Positions 47,136 through 57,517 of a DNA stretch of 64,000 bases are shown here, one piece after another; position 1 is the stretch's first letter, and each line of letters opens with the position of its first letter. The stretch is from Candidatus Poribacteria bacterium. Lineage in GTDB: Bacteria; Poribacteria; WGA-4E; WGA-3G. The notes beneath the pieces were generated by a model, which was given only the letters and a program-made list of their open reading frames with translations, was not told where the DNA came from and made no database searches. The DNA is taken from NCBI GenBank assembly GCA_964291315.2, contig OZ219750.1:160001-224000 (forward strand). Reading direction: 5' to 3'. A program made the position numbers and the translations under genes.

Positions 47136-50100
47136 TTAAACGAGTTCAAACTGCACATCCGTGGCAGTATGCAGGTACTTTACCAATATGACCCCCTGAT
47201 CTTCGATATAAAGCCATCCAGATTCAACGTCTTCAAGTGTTTGTGCAGCCGGGACTTCAATTTCTGCGTATGTACTCCGTGCGTTAACTTGTTCGGGGGC
47301 ATCCGATGCTGCGTTCGATTCCGGATTTTGAGCAGGGCGGGTCGATGATGAGAGTTGATATCTTACACGAAGTGCTTTCGGGGTACTTTGGTACCCGACA
47401 ATAAGGGCATAGCTTGCCTCATTTGTTGCATAACTGAGCTGCCACTTCAGTCGGCCGGCATCAGTTAGGGTGAGTGCATTTATCTTTGCTCCTGAACTGA
47501 TATGTATTTCACCTGCGATAGCGGTTTTAATACCGGGATCAAGCCCTCGGAGTGTATAGATATTCACCATAATATTTTCAGGATTCAGATGAGGGCCCCT
47601 GCCTTCGGTACAGAAGCCATAAAATCCATCGGGATAGGTGCCTTTAAATTCACCATCCGCCCACTGTTGGTGCATCGCGCTGACGGTAATGCCTTCAGCG
47701 ATTTGGAGCCATCGTTCGTCCTTGGTATGTTGATTCAAACGTTGGAGATAGTAAGCGAGTACCAAACCGTTCCATTGAACGGGGACCCCGAACCATGGGT
47801 GTGTGTAGAAGGATGTCCCAAAAACAGGAATTGAAGCGAATTGCATACCGGGGCGGTCTGGGAGGTGCCAATGATACAGAAATGGCAAGGTTGTTTCTGC
47901 CCAGTAGTTTGCCCGCTTGAGGTATTCTTTTTCGGTTGTGAGTTCGTAAGCCTCCACATAAGCCGCGATTGCATGTGCTGCTGCGAGAACGTCGGGTTGA
48001 TACATTGGACATTCCCACATTTGTGCACCGCGAGGCAGCGAAAATTGCTTCATGAATTTGAGTGCCTTCACACCTGCTATTTGTGATGTTTTGTTTCCTG
48101 TGATTCGGGCGTGCTTCAGCAGTAGCAGAGCTGATTCCGCACAAGTGCCAAGTACTGCGTCCCCAGTCTTACCAAGGGAAGCGGTTTTCCCGTTTGTTTG
48201 CCACCGCCAACTACCATCGGATTGTTGGGTAGCGATACGTTGCTGGGCTTCTTTTTGCATGTAGGTTAATGCAGCATCTATATTACCTATATAGAATGGA
48301 AATTCCCAACTTAAAATGTGGCAAGAACCCCGTGCAGCCAAGCCTTCCTTACCGGATTCGGTTATAGTATTCTCTGCAATTTCTAATGCTCTTTCCTTGA
48401 CTTTTTTATTTTTTGTGGCAAGGTAATCATACCAGAGCAGCGTTCCGAAACCAGGTTCGTTATGAGCCTTCCAGCCTACGCAGTGGCGGGATTTTCGAGC
48501 GATTTTGTCCCATGTGACATGCATAAGTCCGTGCCGTGAAAGTAGGAGTTCTTCTTCATCAGTGCGGGGCGGTTCAAGCGGTTTAGGAGCACCGTAAGCA
48601 TCAGTCCAATGTGAGACAGCATCCAAAATAGAGGCGTTTCCATTAGCGATGATTTCGCATTTGATAGAGATCTCACGCGAGGCTGTCAACGGATAGGGCG
48701 TGGATGCCTCTGTCTCATTTTCTTGAACCCATTCTGGCGTAGTGGGCAGGAACAGTCCTAAAATGTGATTTTTCTGGTGTTGATGCCAATTCGGTGAAGC
48801 GAATATTGCAGAGAGCATATGGTTCTCGCTATCCCAAGTATCGAGCGGGTTCCAGATGATACCGACTACTGCTTTTTGCATCTCTACTGCCATGACGGGT
48901 ACTGTAATTTTATACGGATGTGGGACGAGACGGTTGTTAAGCGGTGGAAAGGCATCACGTGGGTTTGAGGAGTGTTCCTCATCTTCCAAAAATTCGAGGC
49001 CCGGGAATAGTGCAGCTGTTTTCTTTTCTGGGTTGTGTCCACATCCAGCGTAGAGTGTGGGGCCCCGGAAAGCAAGAAGTCCTCTATCTGCGTTGGTTTT
49101 CAATCGATATTCCGTTTTAACCCGGGTTGCCTCTTCGGTGAGAGTCCATTCCATCTCATAATCCCATTTTACACCGTCGGTATCCGTGTTCGTACCGCTT
49201 AACCGAACGATGGACTCATCATTGTTACCTGCAAGTTGGTATCTGGTTGGCACGAGTTGAAAGGTCTGACGGTTTTGTAATTCATCAAGGTAAACGACTT
49301 CGGAGAGTGCTGGACTGGTTGCTACCCGTTGGTAATTCCTGCCTTTTGCGACAAAAATCATGTAATATTGAAACCTGCTTTCATCCGGGTTTTCGTTGGA
49401 AGTCGTAGGCTGAATACTTCGAACAAAGACAATGCGGAGATGTTTGTTCCCTAGCACGACGCTGCCATTTTGCGAATAGGTGTGCAGTTCTTTTACTACT
49501 TTGGTGGTAAGTTTGGGGACGGACGGGAGTACAGTGACTTTACCTTGAGCAGTCTGACGTTTTTCACCAAGGGCGGTTTGGTATATAAGCAAAACTGAGA
49601 AAGGATGGACAGTCGGGCGTGGAAGACTACGGATGCTCCATTGGATATTAACTTTTTCCCCGGGCTCAATATGTTTGACGTTTTGCCTGGGTCTGCCACG
49701 TCTTAATCTTGCGCCGTTGATGGTAATCCGGGCAATGTTCCGTTTGTCTAATGGTGCATCGCCGCTATTTCGAAGGGTACATTGGATCTCAAAATCCTCA
49801 CCTGCTGAAACGACTGCCGCTGTTGATCCTATGCTCACAATTTCCAGTTTTGGTTGTAAAACATAAATAGATATTTTAGCGGGAGGTTCTTTTATATCTA
49901 GTGTTTGAATGCAAATATCTGTTAAAGCAGTAACGGGTGTGGAAACAGACTGATTGAATACCAGGGACTGTGTCTTTTCATCGTCGAAGTGTACGATAGC
50001 GATGCCGCATCGGGCTTCGGGTTCAGCACCTCTTTTCGCTTTTCGCAGAGGTTTCTCTTCGAGTTTGTAGAGTTCCGGTTTGCCCCACAATGCCCACGCG

Positions 50101-50933
50101 TAGTTGCTATTGCCTGGCGTGTTACATTCTGTCAAGAATGAGATAACAATGTTTTTACCGGCGTAGTCTGTGAGATTGACACTTTTTTCTTGCCAGCAGC
50201 ATTCGGTTGCTACTGATTCAAAGCGTCTCTCTGGCGGATCAGTTTCTCCGCTATTAGCAATTTCGAGAGCGAACTTTACGCCCCCAGGTTGTCGTTCCGT
50301 GTCGTCAAACGCGACCCCGTCCCGCAAACCGATAAAAAAGTGGAGAAGGAGTTGATCTTTGCTGTCTGTCTCTGGAAGCGAAAGGGTATAGTTAATTTTT
50401 GCGGTTTCTGTTGGTGCTGGGTGTTCAAAGATAGCTGGTTTTTGGATACCACCTGAACAGTCTATACCGTTGGCAGCCGCCTGCTCTGCCCCGGAGACAG
50501 TGCTATGTTCAAACATATCTACGAAGTCGTAGAGCTCCTGGGCAACACCAAGAATTAGGGGTATAGGTTCGAGTGTTCTTTCTGATTCTGCTTTGGTGTG
50601 GTCGCTCACTTCTGTTTCTTGTGCTTGTATTTTTGTAGATTCTAAGTTGTCGTTGCTATTTTCTGTAATAGGTGGTTCTGCCTCATCTTCAGTAAGTGCC
50701 CTTTCTGGTTCCAGAGGAGCTTTCTCCAAAGCAGATGAGGCATCGCTTTTTCTGATTTCCGTATCTGCAATAGATGATGCTATAGTTTCGGTGTCATCTG
50801 AGGAATTGGCATCAACTGTAAGTTTTAATTCTGTCTGCGGTTTGTCGCTATCTTGTGCGTCAGTAGGTTGATGCGCCTCTTCTTCTGTTTTCCCGATGCA
50901 TGTAGCTAAAAACTGTTGAAAACTAGTGAGCAT
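47136..50933 (-). CDS. Large hypothetical protein: acidic N-terminus, carbohydrate-binding-like and Ig-like domains, alpha/alpha-toroid-like C-terminus
   Basis: 1265-aa ORF directly abutting the DUF2961 gene; IFEHP..YAWALWG.P module; QQSDGSW and repeated helical hairpins. Confidence 0.6.
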   Translation of the reverse strand: MLTSFQQFLATCIGKTEEEAHQPTDAQDSDKPQTELKLTVDANSSDDTETIASSIADTEIRKSDASSALEKAPLEPERALTEDEAEPPITENSNDNLESTKIQAQETEVSDHTKAESERTLEPIPLILGVAQELYDFVDMFEHSTVSGAEQAAANGIDCSGGIQKPAIFEHPAPTETAKINYTLSLPETDSKDQLLLHFFIGLRDGVAFDDTERQPGGVKFALEIANSGETDPPERRFESVATECCWQEKSVNLTDYAGKNIVISFLTECNTPGNSNYAWALWGKPELYKLEEKPLRKAKRGAEPEARCGIAIVHFDDEKTQSLVFNQSVSTPVTALTDICIQTLDIKEPPAKISIYVLQPKLEIVSIGSTAAVVSAGEDFEIQCTLRNSGDAPLDKRNIARITINGARLRRGRPRQNVKHIEPGEKVNIQWSIRSLPRPTVHPFSVLLIYQTALGEKRQTAQGKVTVLPSVPKLTTKVVKELHTYSQNGSVVLGNKHLRIVFVRSIQPTTSNENPDESRFQYYMIFVAKGRNYQRVATSPALSEVVYLDELQNRQTFQLVPTRYQLAGNNDESIVRLSGTNTDTDGVKWDYEMEWTLTEEATRVKTEYRLKTNADRGLLAFRGPTLYAGCGHNPEKKTAALFPGLEFLEDEEHSSNPRDAFPPLNNRLVPHPYKITVPVMAVEMQKAVVGIIWNPLDTWDSENHMLSAIFASPNWHQHQKNHILGLFLPTTPEWVQENETEASTPYPLTASREISIKCEIIANGNASILDAVSHWTDAYGAPKPLEPPRTDEEELLLSRHGLMHVTWDKIARKSRHCVGWKAHNEPGFGTLLWYDYLATKNKKVKERALEIAENTITESGKEGLAARGSCHILSWEFPFYIGNIDAALTYMQKEAQQRIATQQSDGSWRWQTNGKTASLGKTGDAVLGTCAESALLLLKHARITGNKTSQIAGVKALKFMKQFSLPRGAQMWECPMYQPDVLAAAHAIAAYVEAYELTTEKEYLKRANYWAETTLPFLYHWHLPDRPGMQFASIPVFGTSFYTHPWFGVPVQWNGLVLAYYLQRLNQHTKDERWLQIAEGITVSAMHQQWADGEFKGTYPDGFYGFCTEGRGPHLNPENIMVNIYTLRGLDPGIKTAIAGEIHISSGAKINALTLTDAGRLKWQLSYATNEASYALIVGYQSTPKALRVRYQLSSSTRPAQNPESNAASDAPEQVNARSTYAEIEVPAAQTLEDVESGWLYIEDQGVILVKYLHTATDVQFELV

Positions 50934-52082
50934 CTATTCTCTCTCACTCCATTTCTGTTTCATCTGTTTCATCTCATCGTTGAGAGCGGCCTCTGCTAAT
51001 GGAATCAGGGCAGAGGTTTCGATCTGCCATGTGCCAGCTTCGTCTTTTAGGACGGGTTTGCGTTGTGCGACAGGCAAGATGCTGAAGGGGGCGTGTGGTT
51101 CGATTTGATACCAATATGCCACGGAAGACATCTCGTTCCTGAGATGATTGCCGTGTCCGTGCTCTATCGTAACCCGTATTTCCTTCTCAAAACGAACAGG
51201 GTTTTCGAGGTGATAAACATAAGAGGTTTGGTAACCATCGGTATTATTTTCGTGGATAGCGGAACCATTATGTGCAAACGCATTCTCTTGCATGCCCCAC
51301 GCTTGGTTCAGATAATCTTCTGAACCGGTGCCGTGGAGGTCGGGCGGCCACTTGTAACCGTCTACCCAGATCATATCATCGCCTTCGCCCCACCATGTAC
51401 CTTGGAAATTGGTAATAGAGAGGTTACAACCGATGTAGTGCCCTCGTCCCTCGGCGGAAAGGATGCGATAATTGGTATTCCATGCGAGTCTTTCAGCGTT
51501 GATGATATTTGCTTCCGGTGTGTTGACTTGTATTTCGTGCCCCCAACCATCACAAGGGTTTTCACGATGGAATTGTGCATGAAAATAGGCGACATCGTCA
51601 GCATGTAGGTCCGAGTATACTTCGTAATCTATGTAGAAGTATTGACGGTGTGGCGTATTGCCTTCGTTGACAAGTTCTATTCGTGCGCTGCTGTTAAAAG
51701 GCATTTGAACGTAACTATTGAGTGCACACCCTGCATTAAACTGGTTGTTGCGATCTGTGGAAGCAGAAAATAAAATAGAATCGTACGAATTGACGATTTC
51801 ATTTCCGAGTCCGAAGAAATCGCCTAAGGGACAAAGGACGCTTGGATGCTCTTCATTATCCCAGAACATCCGGATTAAGACATTTCGGTAGCCGTTTGGC
51901 TGTGTCATCCAGATGTGATTAATGCATCCGGGTCCTTTGAGGTTTGCAATAACGCGAGTTTCGCCGGGTGCGATATCCCATGCGTCGTTATTTCTACCTG
52001 TTGTATCCCAAGAGGAGGCACGTAAAGAGCGAGCTTTTTTGACACGCGTCAACGATGACAATGATCCATCAATATAAGCCAT
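50934..52082 (-). CDS. DUF2961 / glycoside hydrolase family 172 protein
   Basis: SSWDTTGRNND, GPGCINHIWMT, PLGDFFG, WWGEGDD, HGTGSEDY, TIEHGHGN, SVAYWYQ. Confidence 0.88.
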   Translation of the reverse strand: MAYIDGSLSSLTRVKKARSLRASSWDTTGRNNDAWDIAPGETRVIANLKGPGCINHIWMTQPNGYRNVLIRMFWDNEEHPSVLCPLGDFFGLGNEIVNSYDSILFSASTDRNNQFNAGCALNSYVQMPFNSSARIELVNEGNTPHRQYFYIDYEVYSDLHADDVAYFHAQFHRENPCDGWGHEIQVNTPEANIINAERLAWNTNYRILSAEGRGHYIGCNLSITNFQGTWWGEGDDMIWVDGYKWPPDLHGTGSEDYLNQAWGMQENAFAHNGSAIHENNTDGYQTSYVYHLENPVRFEKEIRVTIEHGHGNHLRNEMSSVAYWYQIEPHAPFSILPVAQRKPVLKDEAGTWQIETSALIPLAEAALNDEMKQMKQKWSERE

Positions 52083-52155
52083 AACTTTGCTTCCTAATAT
52101 ACACCTCTATCCTGCACTTACGCACAGGATTGAAAAAATTGTTCCTTATGATGCA

Positions 52156-52183
52156 ATTATAACATATATTGCTAAAAAATCAA
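52156..52183 (-). promoter_or_regulatory. Candidate promoter for the DUF2961 gene
   Basis: Minus strand TTGATT-16 bp-TATAAT with extended TG. Confidence 0.45.
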
Positions 52184-52299
52184 TAAAAAAATCTAATTTT
52201 CCGATTAATCTGTTTCTCCGGGGCAAAGGTTTTCTGAGGGGCCTCAAAGTTTTTTCTTTCACCCAACGCACTAGTGCTTTTTTCGCTATAGATCTTTTT

Positions 52300-53115
52300 T
52301 CAAACACCTGTTAGTACGGATTTCATTTTCTCTAAACCAATTCGGGCGACTTCTGCGGGATCTTGCTCCCAATAGTTTGGGTTGAACAACTCCAATGAGA
52401 TGACACCTGTATATTCTGCATCCTTTAGGATAGAGACCATATGTCCAAGATCAAGGATACCATCACCAGGGTAAACTCTGTCGGCATCCGTCTGTACCTC
52501 GCGTGCTGGCTCTGCAGGGGCATCGTTGAAGTGAAAAACTGCGATTTTCTCAGCGGGAATACTTTTCATATCACCTATTTCGCCACCACCGCGATAGATG
52601 TGGAAAGGGTCGAGAACGATCGTGCTGTCAGCATGATTAGCTATCTCTATTATTTCCCACGCGTGCTTGACTTTGTTGACCCCTTCAACAAATCCCAGAA
52701 ATTCCATGGCGGGTTTAACACCGAATTCGCGCCCAAGTTCTAGCAGTTCGTAATAGTTTTGGCCGCCTCGCTGTGAGTCTACCGCTTCACGCGGTGGACT
52801 TGAGATTATGTAAGTTGAACCGACGGCAGCGGCTTGTGCCATCCGCCGCTTTGCTTCTTCGATCGCCTCTTGATGTTCTGTGCCCGTAGTGTTGAGCCAA
52901 CCGTGCAAAGCAATGACAGTAGGGACCGAGAGCCCCTGGTCATCGAGTGCTTTTTTGACATCGGTGAGCGAGCCGCCCTGCTCCTCGTAAGCTGTTAAAT
53001 CGTCGTTCCATAACTCGATTGCTGAGTAGCCGGTTTCGGAAGCGATTCGAATTTTGTCCATTAACCCAGCGGGGCGGATTGTGCTTGTGTTTAAGCCTAA
53101 CTGAAATTGTGTCAT
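52300..53115 (-). CDS. Sugar phosphate isomerase/epimerase (xylose-isomerase-like TIM barrel)
   Basis: AMEFLG, LDPFH, HFND, RVYPGDG, SLELF. Confidence 0.85.
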   Translation of the reverse strand: MTQFQLGLNTSTIRPAGLMDKIRIASETGYSAIELWNDDLTAYEEQGGSLTDVKKALDDQGLSVPTVIALHGWLNTTGTEHQEAIEEAKRRMAQAAAVGSTYIISSPPREAVDSQRGGQNYYELLELGREFGVKPAMEFLGFVEGVNKVKHAWEIIEIANHADSTIVLDPFHIYRGGGEIGDMKSIPAEKIAVFHFNDAPAEPAREVQTDADRVYPGDGILDLGHMVSILKDAEYTGVISLELFNPNYWEQDPAEVARIGLEKMKSVLTGV

Positions 53116-53182
53116 TTTTTTTAGTATGTCTAGGCAGGGCTTCTGTTGTCAACCCTGAAAAAAACGATTGAATTATAAGAAA

Positions 53183-53983
53183 CTATTTGTCCATCAAATC
53201 TCTGATGAAACGGACATCTATACGGGCCAGATCGATAACAGTATCCACGGGTTCTCCGCTGTATTCACTATGGAAACTCACGGGACCCGAGAAGCCAATG
53301 GTTTGTAATGTGTCTACTGCGGTTTTCCAGTCAACGAAGCCTTTTCCGATGCGAACGACTCTGCCGCCCCTCATACCGGGGGAACGCGCTAGGTCTTTAA
53401 ATGCCATGACAGCGAGATGCGATTTGACGATATCCAGGGCCATGTTGATCGGTTCCCCAACGATTGAGAGATGGCCTGTATCGGCAAAAACCCCGACATG
53501 TTCGGGATCAAAACCTGTTACAAGGTTCATCACTGCACATGAGTTTAGTCCCATGGAAGTGCCAGAATGGTTATGGATACAGGTCCGGGGGCCGTATTGT
53601 GCAGAAAGTTTGGCAAACCCTTCTAGTTGTGTTCGGATAAAATCGACCTGTGCCCAGTAGCCGCCATCTCCTGCGTGCCAGTGCCAATATCCCAATTTGA
53701 TGTTTTCTACACCGGCTTCGCCAGCGGCAGCGTAAACGCGGCGCGTTCCTTCTTGCGTCGGATCGAGAAAATCTCCCGGTGTTGTGACGAGCGGGATAGC
53801 TAGGCCTGCAGCAGCAAACTGCTTTGCGGCAGCCGGCAGCGCTGCAATAGCGTTTTCTGGATTTACGGGATAGCCCGGGCGAACACACAAATCAGCGCCA
53901 CTCACGCCGACTGATTGCAGAGCTTCAACAATATCTGGAATGTCTAAACCTTCCAGATGTTTTGTGAACATGATAAAAATCAT
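53183..53983 (-). CDS. Sugar phosphate isomerase/epimerase (TIM barrel)
   Basis: IHNHSG, ADTGH, AFKD, IGKGFVDW, FHSEY. Confidence 0.8.
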   Translation of the reverse strand: MIFIMFTKHLEGLDIPDIVEALQSVGVSGADLCVRPGYPVNPENAIAALPAAAKQFAAAGLAIPLVTTPGDFLDPTQEGTRRVYAAAGEAGVENIKLGYWHWHAGDGGYWAQVDFIRTQLEGFAKLSAQYGPRTCIHNHSGTSMGLNSCAVMNLVTGFDPEHVGVFADTGHLSIVGEPINMALDIVKSHLAVMAFKDLARSPGMRGGRVVRIGKGFVDWKTAVDTLQTIGFSGPVSFHSEYSGEPVDTVIDLARIDVRFIRDLMDK

Positions 53984-54088
53984 AATAGGAGTAGGTCTTA
54001 GTTGTTATTTGTCGCTTAGGGGAAACTTGAATGTTAACAACCCTCTTTAACCCATAATTGATAATTGCCGACGATCAACGGCCATTTT

Positions 54089-55192
54089 TTACCAATCGAC
54101 GACCGAACCGTCATCGGGGTGGTAAGTCACAGGGTTCTGCCAGTCGTGGTCGATTTTGTCTTCAAGGGCATCTTCATCGAGTTCTATACCGAGTCCGGGA
54201 CTGGTGGGGAGTTCGACGAATCCGTCTTTGAAAACGAATGGATTTTTAAGATAGCCCTCACCAAGCGTTGTATGCTCCTGCATCACAAAGTTCGGTATAG
54301 AGGCATCTAATTGGATGCATGCTGCTAAAGAAATAGGGCCCAGTGGATTGTGTGGTGCGATGCCGCCATAATAGGCTTCAGCCATACCTGCGATGATACG
54401 CACTTCATTGATGCCTCCAGCGTGGCAGAGGTCAGGTTGAAGGATAGAGGCAGCCTGCTTCTCTAAAATTTCACGAAACCCCCACTTTGTGAAGATACGT
54501 TCGCCGGTTGCAATGGGAAGATGTGTGCCTCGGGCGATTTCAACGAGAGTGTCCACATTTTGACATTGGATTGGCTCTTCTACAAACATCGGTTGGTACG
54601 GTTCGAGCGCCTTGATTAAGATCTTTGCGGTCTGTGGGCTGATTGCGCCGTGAAAGTCTATCGCGAGGTCAACTTCTGTGCCAGCAGCCTCGCGGAGCGC
54701 AGCGAAGTGATTTACGGCTCTGTCGATAAACGCTTTGTTCTCGATGATACGAGCCGGTCTGCCACCTGCAACGCCTGTTTTGAAAGCCGTGAATCCTTTG
54801 TCGATCCACTCCTTAATGCCCTCTGGATCGCCGCCGCCTTTGTAGAGCCGGATGCGGTCGCGCGTCGGGCCACCGAAGAGCTGATAGACGGGAACACCCA
54901 ACGCCTTCCCTGCAAGATCCCAGAGTGCCTGCTCTATACCGCTTAATGCACTTGTAAGAATCGGCCCTCCGCGGTAGAATGCATGACGATACATCGCTTG
55001 CCAGTGGTGCACAACGCGTCTCGGATCTTGACCGATGAGATAGGGCGCGAGTTCATCAACCGCTTGTGCACATGTCTTTGCACGCCCTTCTAAAATCGGT
55101 TCACCGAGCCCGACTAAGCCCTCGTCCGTATGGACCTTAAGAAAGAGCCAGCGCGGTTGCACCAGAAATGTCTCTAATTTTGTAATCTTCAT
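54089..55192 (-). CDS. dgoD: Galactonate dehydratase (enolase superfamily)
   Basis: PRWLFLKVHTDEG..GEP..EGR, FYRGGPIL, IDFHG, EEP, ATGER, QPDLCHAGG, APHNPLGP, DDGSVVDW. Confidence 0.88.
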   Translation of the reverse strand: MKITKLETFLVQPRWLFLKVHTDEGLVGLGEPILEGRAKTCAQAVDELAPYLIGQDPRRVVHHWQAMYRHAFYRGGPILTSALSGIEQALWDLAGKALGVPVYQLFGGPTRDRIRLYKGGGDPEGIKEWIDKGFTAFKTGVAGGRPARIIENKAFIDRAVNHFAALREAAGTEVDLAIDFHGAISPQTAKILIKALEPYQPMFVEEPIQCQNVDTLVEIARGTHLPIATGERIFTKWGFREILEKQAASILQPDLCHAGGINEVRIIAGMAEAYYGGIAPHNPLGPISLAACIQLDASIPNFVMQEHTTLGEGYLKNPFVFKDGFVELPTSPGLGIELDEDALEDKIDHDWQNPVTYHPDDGSVVDW

Positions 55193-55884
55193 AGAGATTC
55201 CTCAAGTGGGTATCGACTTGAAACGGAACGTTCTGTCTATTTTAATACTATGCTACCATTTTTTATGAATTTTTTCAATAATTAAATTGTGGGTGAGTAA
55301 ATGCGTTTGGTTCTCTTGTAGAGTTGTTTGTAGGCGAAAATCATCGGTAGCCTCGAAAAACAGGTTTCAAGTTCAGCACTTATTCTTATACTTGGTTTAT
55401 TGTGTTGACTTAGGCAAGGTAGGAGTGGAATCCTACCGTTATTAATGGTATGGTAATGAATAGGAGGAATTGTGTTTTGTTAAGTTTCTTTTCACATCGG
55501 ATAGCGACAGGTATCTTATTGAGTGTTGGATGTCACTAATTCTCGGATAACGTTAGAAAATCCCATACCTGAAGCCTCGAGAGTGGGTGGCGGCCCTCGT
55601 TCGATCAGATGTCTTATAGCGGCTTTTGTGTGTTAGATACCTATCCTCTACGCAGCGGGCATTTATCGCGCTTCCGTTATTAGGACTCACAGAAAGTAAC
55701 GTCCAAAAATTCAGATATTTTATTTTTTTTAGACAAGTTGCACGTTTTCTGTTTAAAAATTCGTCTTAAATAATATAGGACGATGTCTTTACAAATTGTT
55801 AACTTCCTTCCACAAAACTTCACAGTTGATTAAGCCTGTTATGTGTGCAGGCATAATTCAATGCTTCTATTAGGAGGTAGTTTC

Positions 55885-56469
55885 ATGGAGAGAAAAGACG
55901 ATGCCCAACTGATTAGCAGAACTCTATTGGGTGATGACAAGGCCTTTAGGTTCTTGGTCGATAAGTATTGGAAGCGTATTCACACCCTTGCCTATCGGAA
56001 GATAAATGATTTCCATTATGCGGAGGAGATCGCGCAAGACACTTTCCTTAAGGCACACCAAAAACTTTCGACCCTCAAGGATCCGAATAAATTTTCAGGA
56101 TGGATTCATATTATCGCTGGCCGGCTTTGTACTGATTGGATACGCAAGCAGAATCAGCTGCTAGATCAGAAACTTATGTTACAGGCGCTGCAGGACACAG
56201 GATTGGAAGACGTCGAGAGAGCTTCTTACGCTCATTACATATCGGAACAACGGACAGCAGAGAGATCTGAGTACAACCGTGAGCTTGTAGCGAAACTGTT
56301 GGCAAAACTGCCAGAAGATGAACAGACGGTTGTAACGCTCTATTATCTTGACGAGATGTCAACGAAAGAGATTGCGGAATTCATGGGGGTGTCGGTGAAT
56401 ACAATTACCAGCCGACTCCAACGAGCACGGAAACGCTTACAAACCGATCAGGAATTCTCCGATCATTGA
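55885..56469 (+). CDS. ECF-type RNA polymerase sigma-70 factor
   Basis: DAQLI..GD..AF..LV, AEEIAQDTFLKA, FSGWI..IA; region 4 EIAEFMGVSVNTITSRLQRAR; GGAGG RBS before ATG 55885. Confidence 0.9.
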   Translation: MERKDDAQLISRTLLGDDKAFRFLVDKYWKRIHTLAYRKINDFHYAEEIAQDTFLKAHQKLSTLKDPNKFSGWIHIIAGRLCTDWIRKQNQLLDQKLMLQALQDTGLEDVERASYAHYISEQRTAERSEYNRELVAKLLAKLPEDEQTVVTLYYLDEMSTKEIAEFMGVSVNTITSRLQRARKRLQTDQEFSDH

Positions 56470-56564
56470 TAACTGTCAGATAATCTGAAGGAGTATATTA
56501 ATAAGTCAATTATATCAACGTCAACGTCGCAGCCGAGGCTCTGCGAGGTCATCCGGATCTCGCT

Positions 56565-56707
56565 ATAGATGCCGAAATGTTGTGAGTGAAACCTTAACAG
56601 AGCGTTCGATAGGGAAAGACATCCAAGAACCCGAAGAGTTGGTAGGATGGTTGCGAACCGTCGCAAAAAACCTGATGCTCGATAGCATAAGCGTCTGGAA
56701 AAGATGA
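56565..56707 (+). pseudogene. Relic of a second ECF sigma factor (region 2 fragment)
   Basis: Manual translation DAE/VVSETL...DIQEPEELVGWLRTVAKNLMLDSI, with a frameshift and stop. Confidence 0.5.
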
Positions 56708-57065
56708 ACGAGCCCCCTATCAACTCGAACGCTTGACAACTTTTCTTGTATCAGTCAGTGATGATGGATAATAAAATCTGATGATTAACTTTTGATGTTC
56801 ACATGACAGAATTTCAGACGAGAGCTAATATTGCTGGGATATTTGATGCGTACTTTCAAGGTTTTCTCCTTATGAAGTTCTGTCGTTTTAGACGAGATGC
56901 TGTTATATTTGATAGTTTCTGGAGACTGTCTCCCAAGTTAGATGCCTGTTGTGAAACAATTAGGTTGTTAGCATCTTATACAAAATACAGAGGATTGCCA
57001 AATAATGCAATACCTTTGTGAGCTTACTTTCAGACAGCAATTTCTAAAAAATTAAGGAGAACGTT

Positions 57066-57416
57066 ATGTTTTTACAGCAAACGATGGGTCCTTGGTTCGC
57101 CATTCAACGGGCGAGTCAAGTTATAATGATTTTATTGGCAGTTGCGATGTTAGTTTTACCGCTCTTAACACAACCCGAAGAAGCAGAGGCCATAGGTCCT
57201 GTAGGGATCTGTATTATGAGCGGATGCTTTATTATAGTCGCAGCGATAGCAGGTGCTTGTGCACGCCATATACTCAAGGCCTGCAATAACTGTGGGGAAT
57301 GGGGGGTAGGGAACTCTCACCGACACGTCTGCCTACCTGGATGTGGCTACAATTTTTGGTCTTGTGTTCTGGATTACGGCGTATCCGAAGCTTGGCTGCA
57401 TGCCTGCTGTTCTTAA
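57066..57416 (+). CDS. Cys/His-rich secreted or membrane small protein
   Basis: AAGGAG RBS; signal-like helix ending AEA, second hydrophobic helix, 10 Cys including CNNCGEWGVGNSH. Confidence 0.75.
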   Translation: MFLQQTMGPWFAIQRASQVIMILLAVAMLVLPLLTQPEEAEAIGPVGICIMSGCFIIVAAIAGACARHILKACNNCGEWGVGNSHRHVCLPGCGYNFWSCVLDYGVSEAWLHACCS

Positions 57417-57517
57417 ATCGCCGCTGTGAGAGGCGGAGAGTTTTTATCTGCCTCTCTTCTTACTCAACAGGAGGGAAATAACTTTCCTTACATGTCCTTC
57501 GGAAGGAGACAATCTCT

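Noticed and set aside
55200-55840. Long intergenic region as a tRNA or ncRNA
   Set aside because: Only a short ggtagga/tcctacc hairpin was seen; no cloverleaf or recognisable RNA motif
56803-57021. 72-aa ORF upstream of the Cys-rich gene
   Set aside because: No RBS or recognisable features; more likely promoter region or decayed sequence
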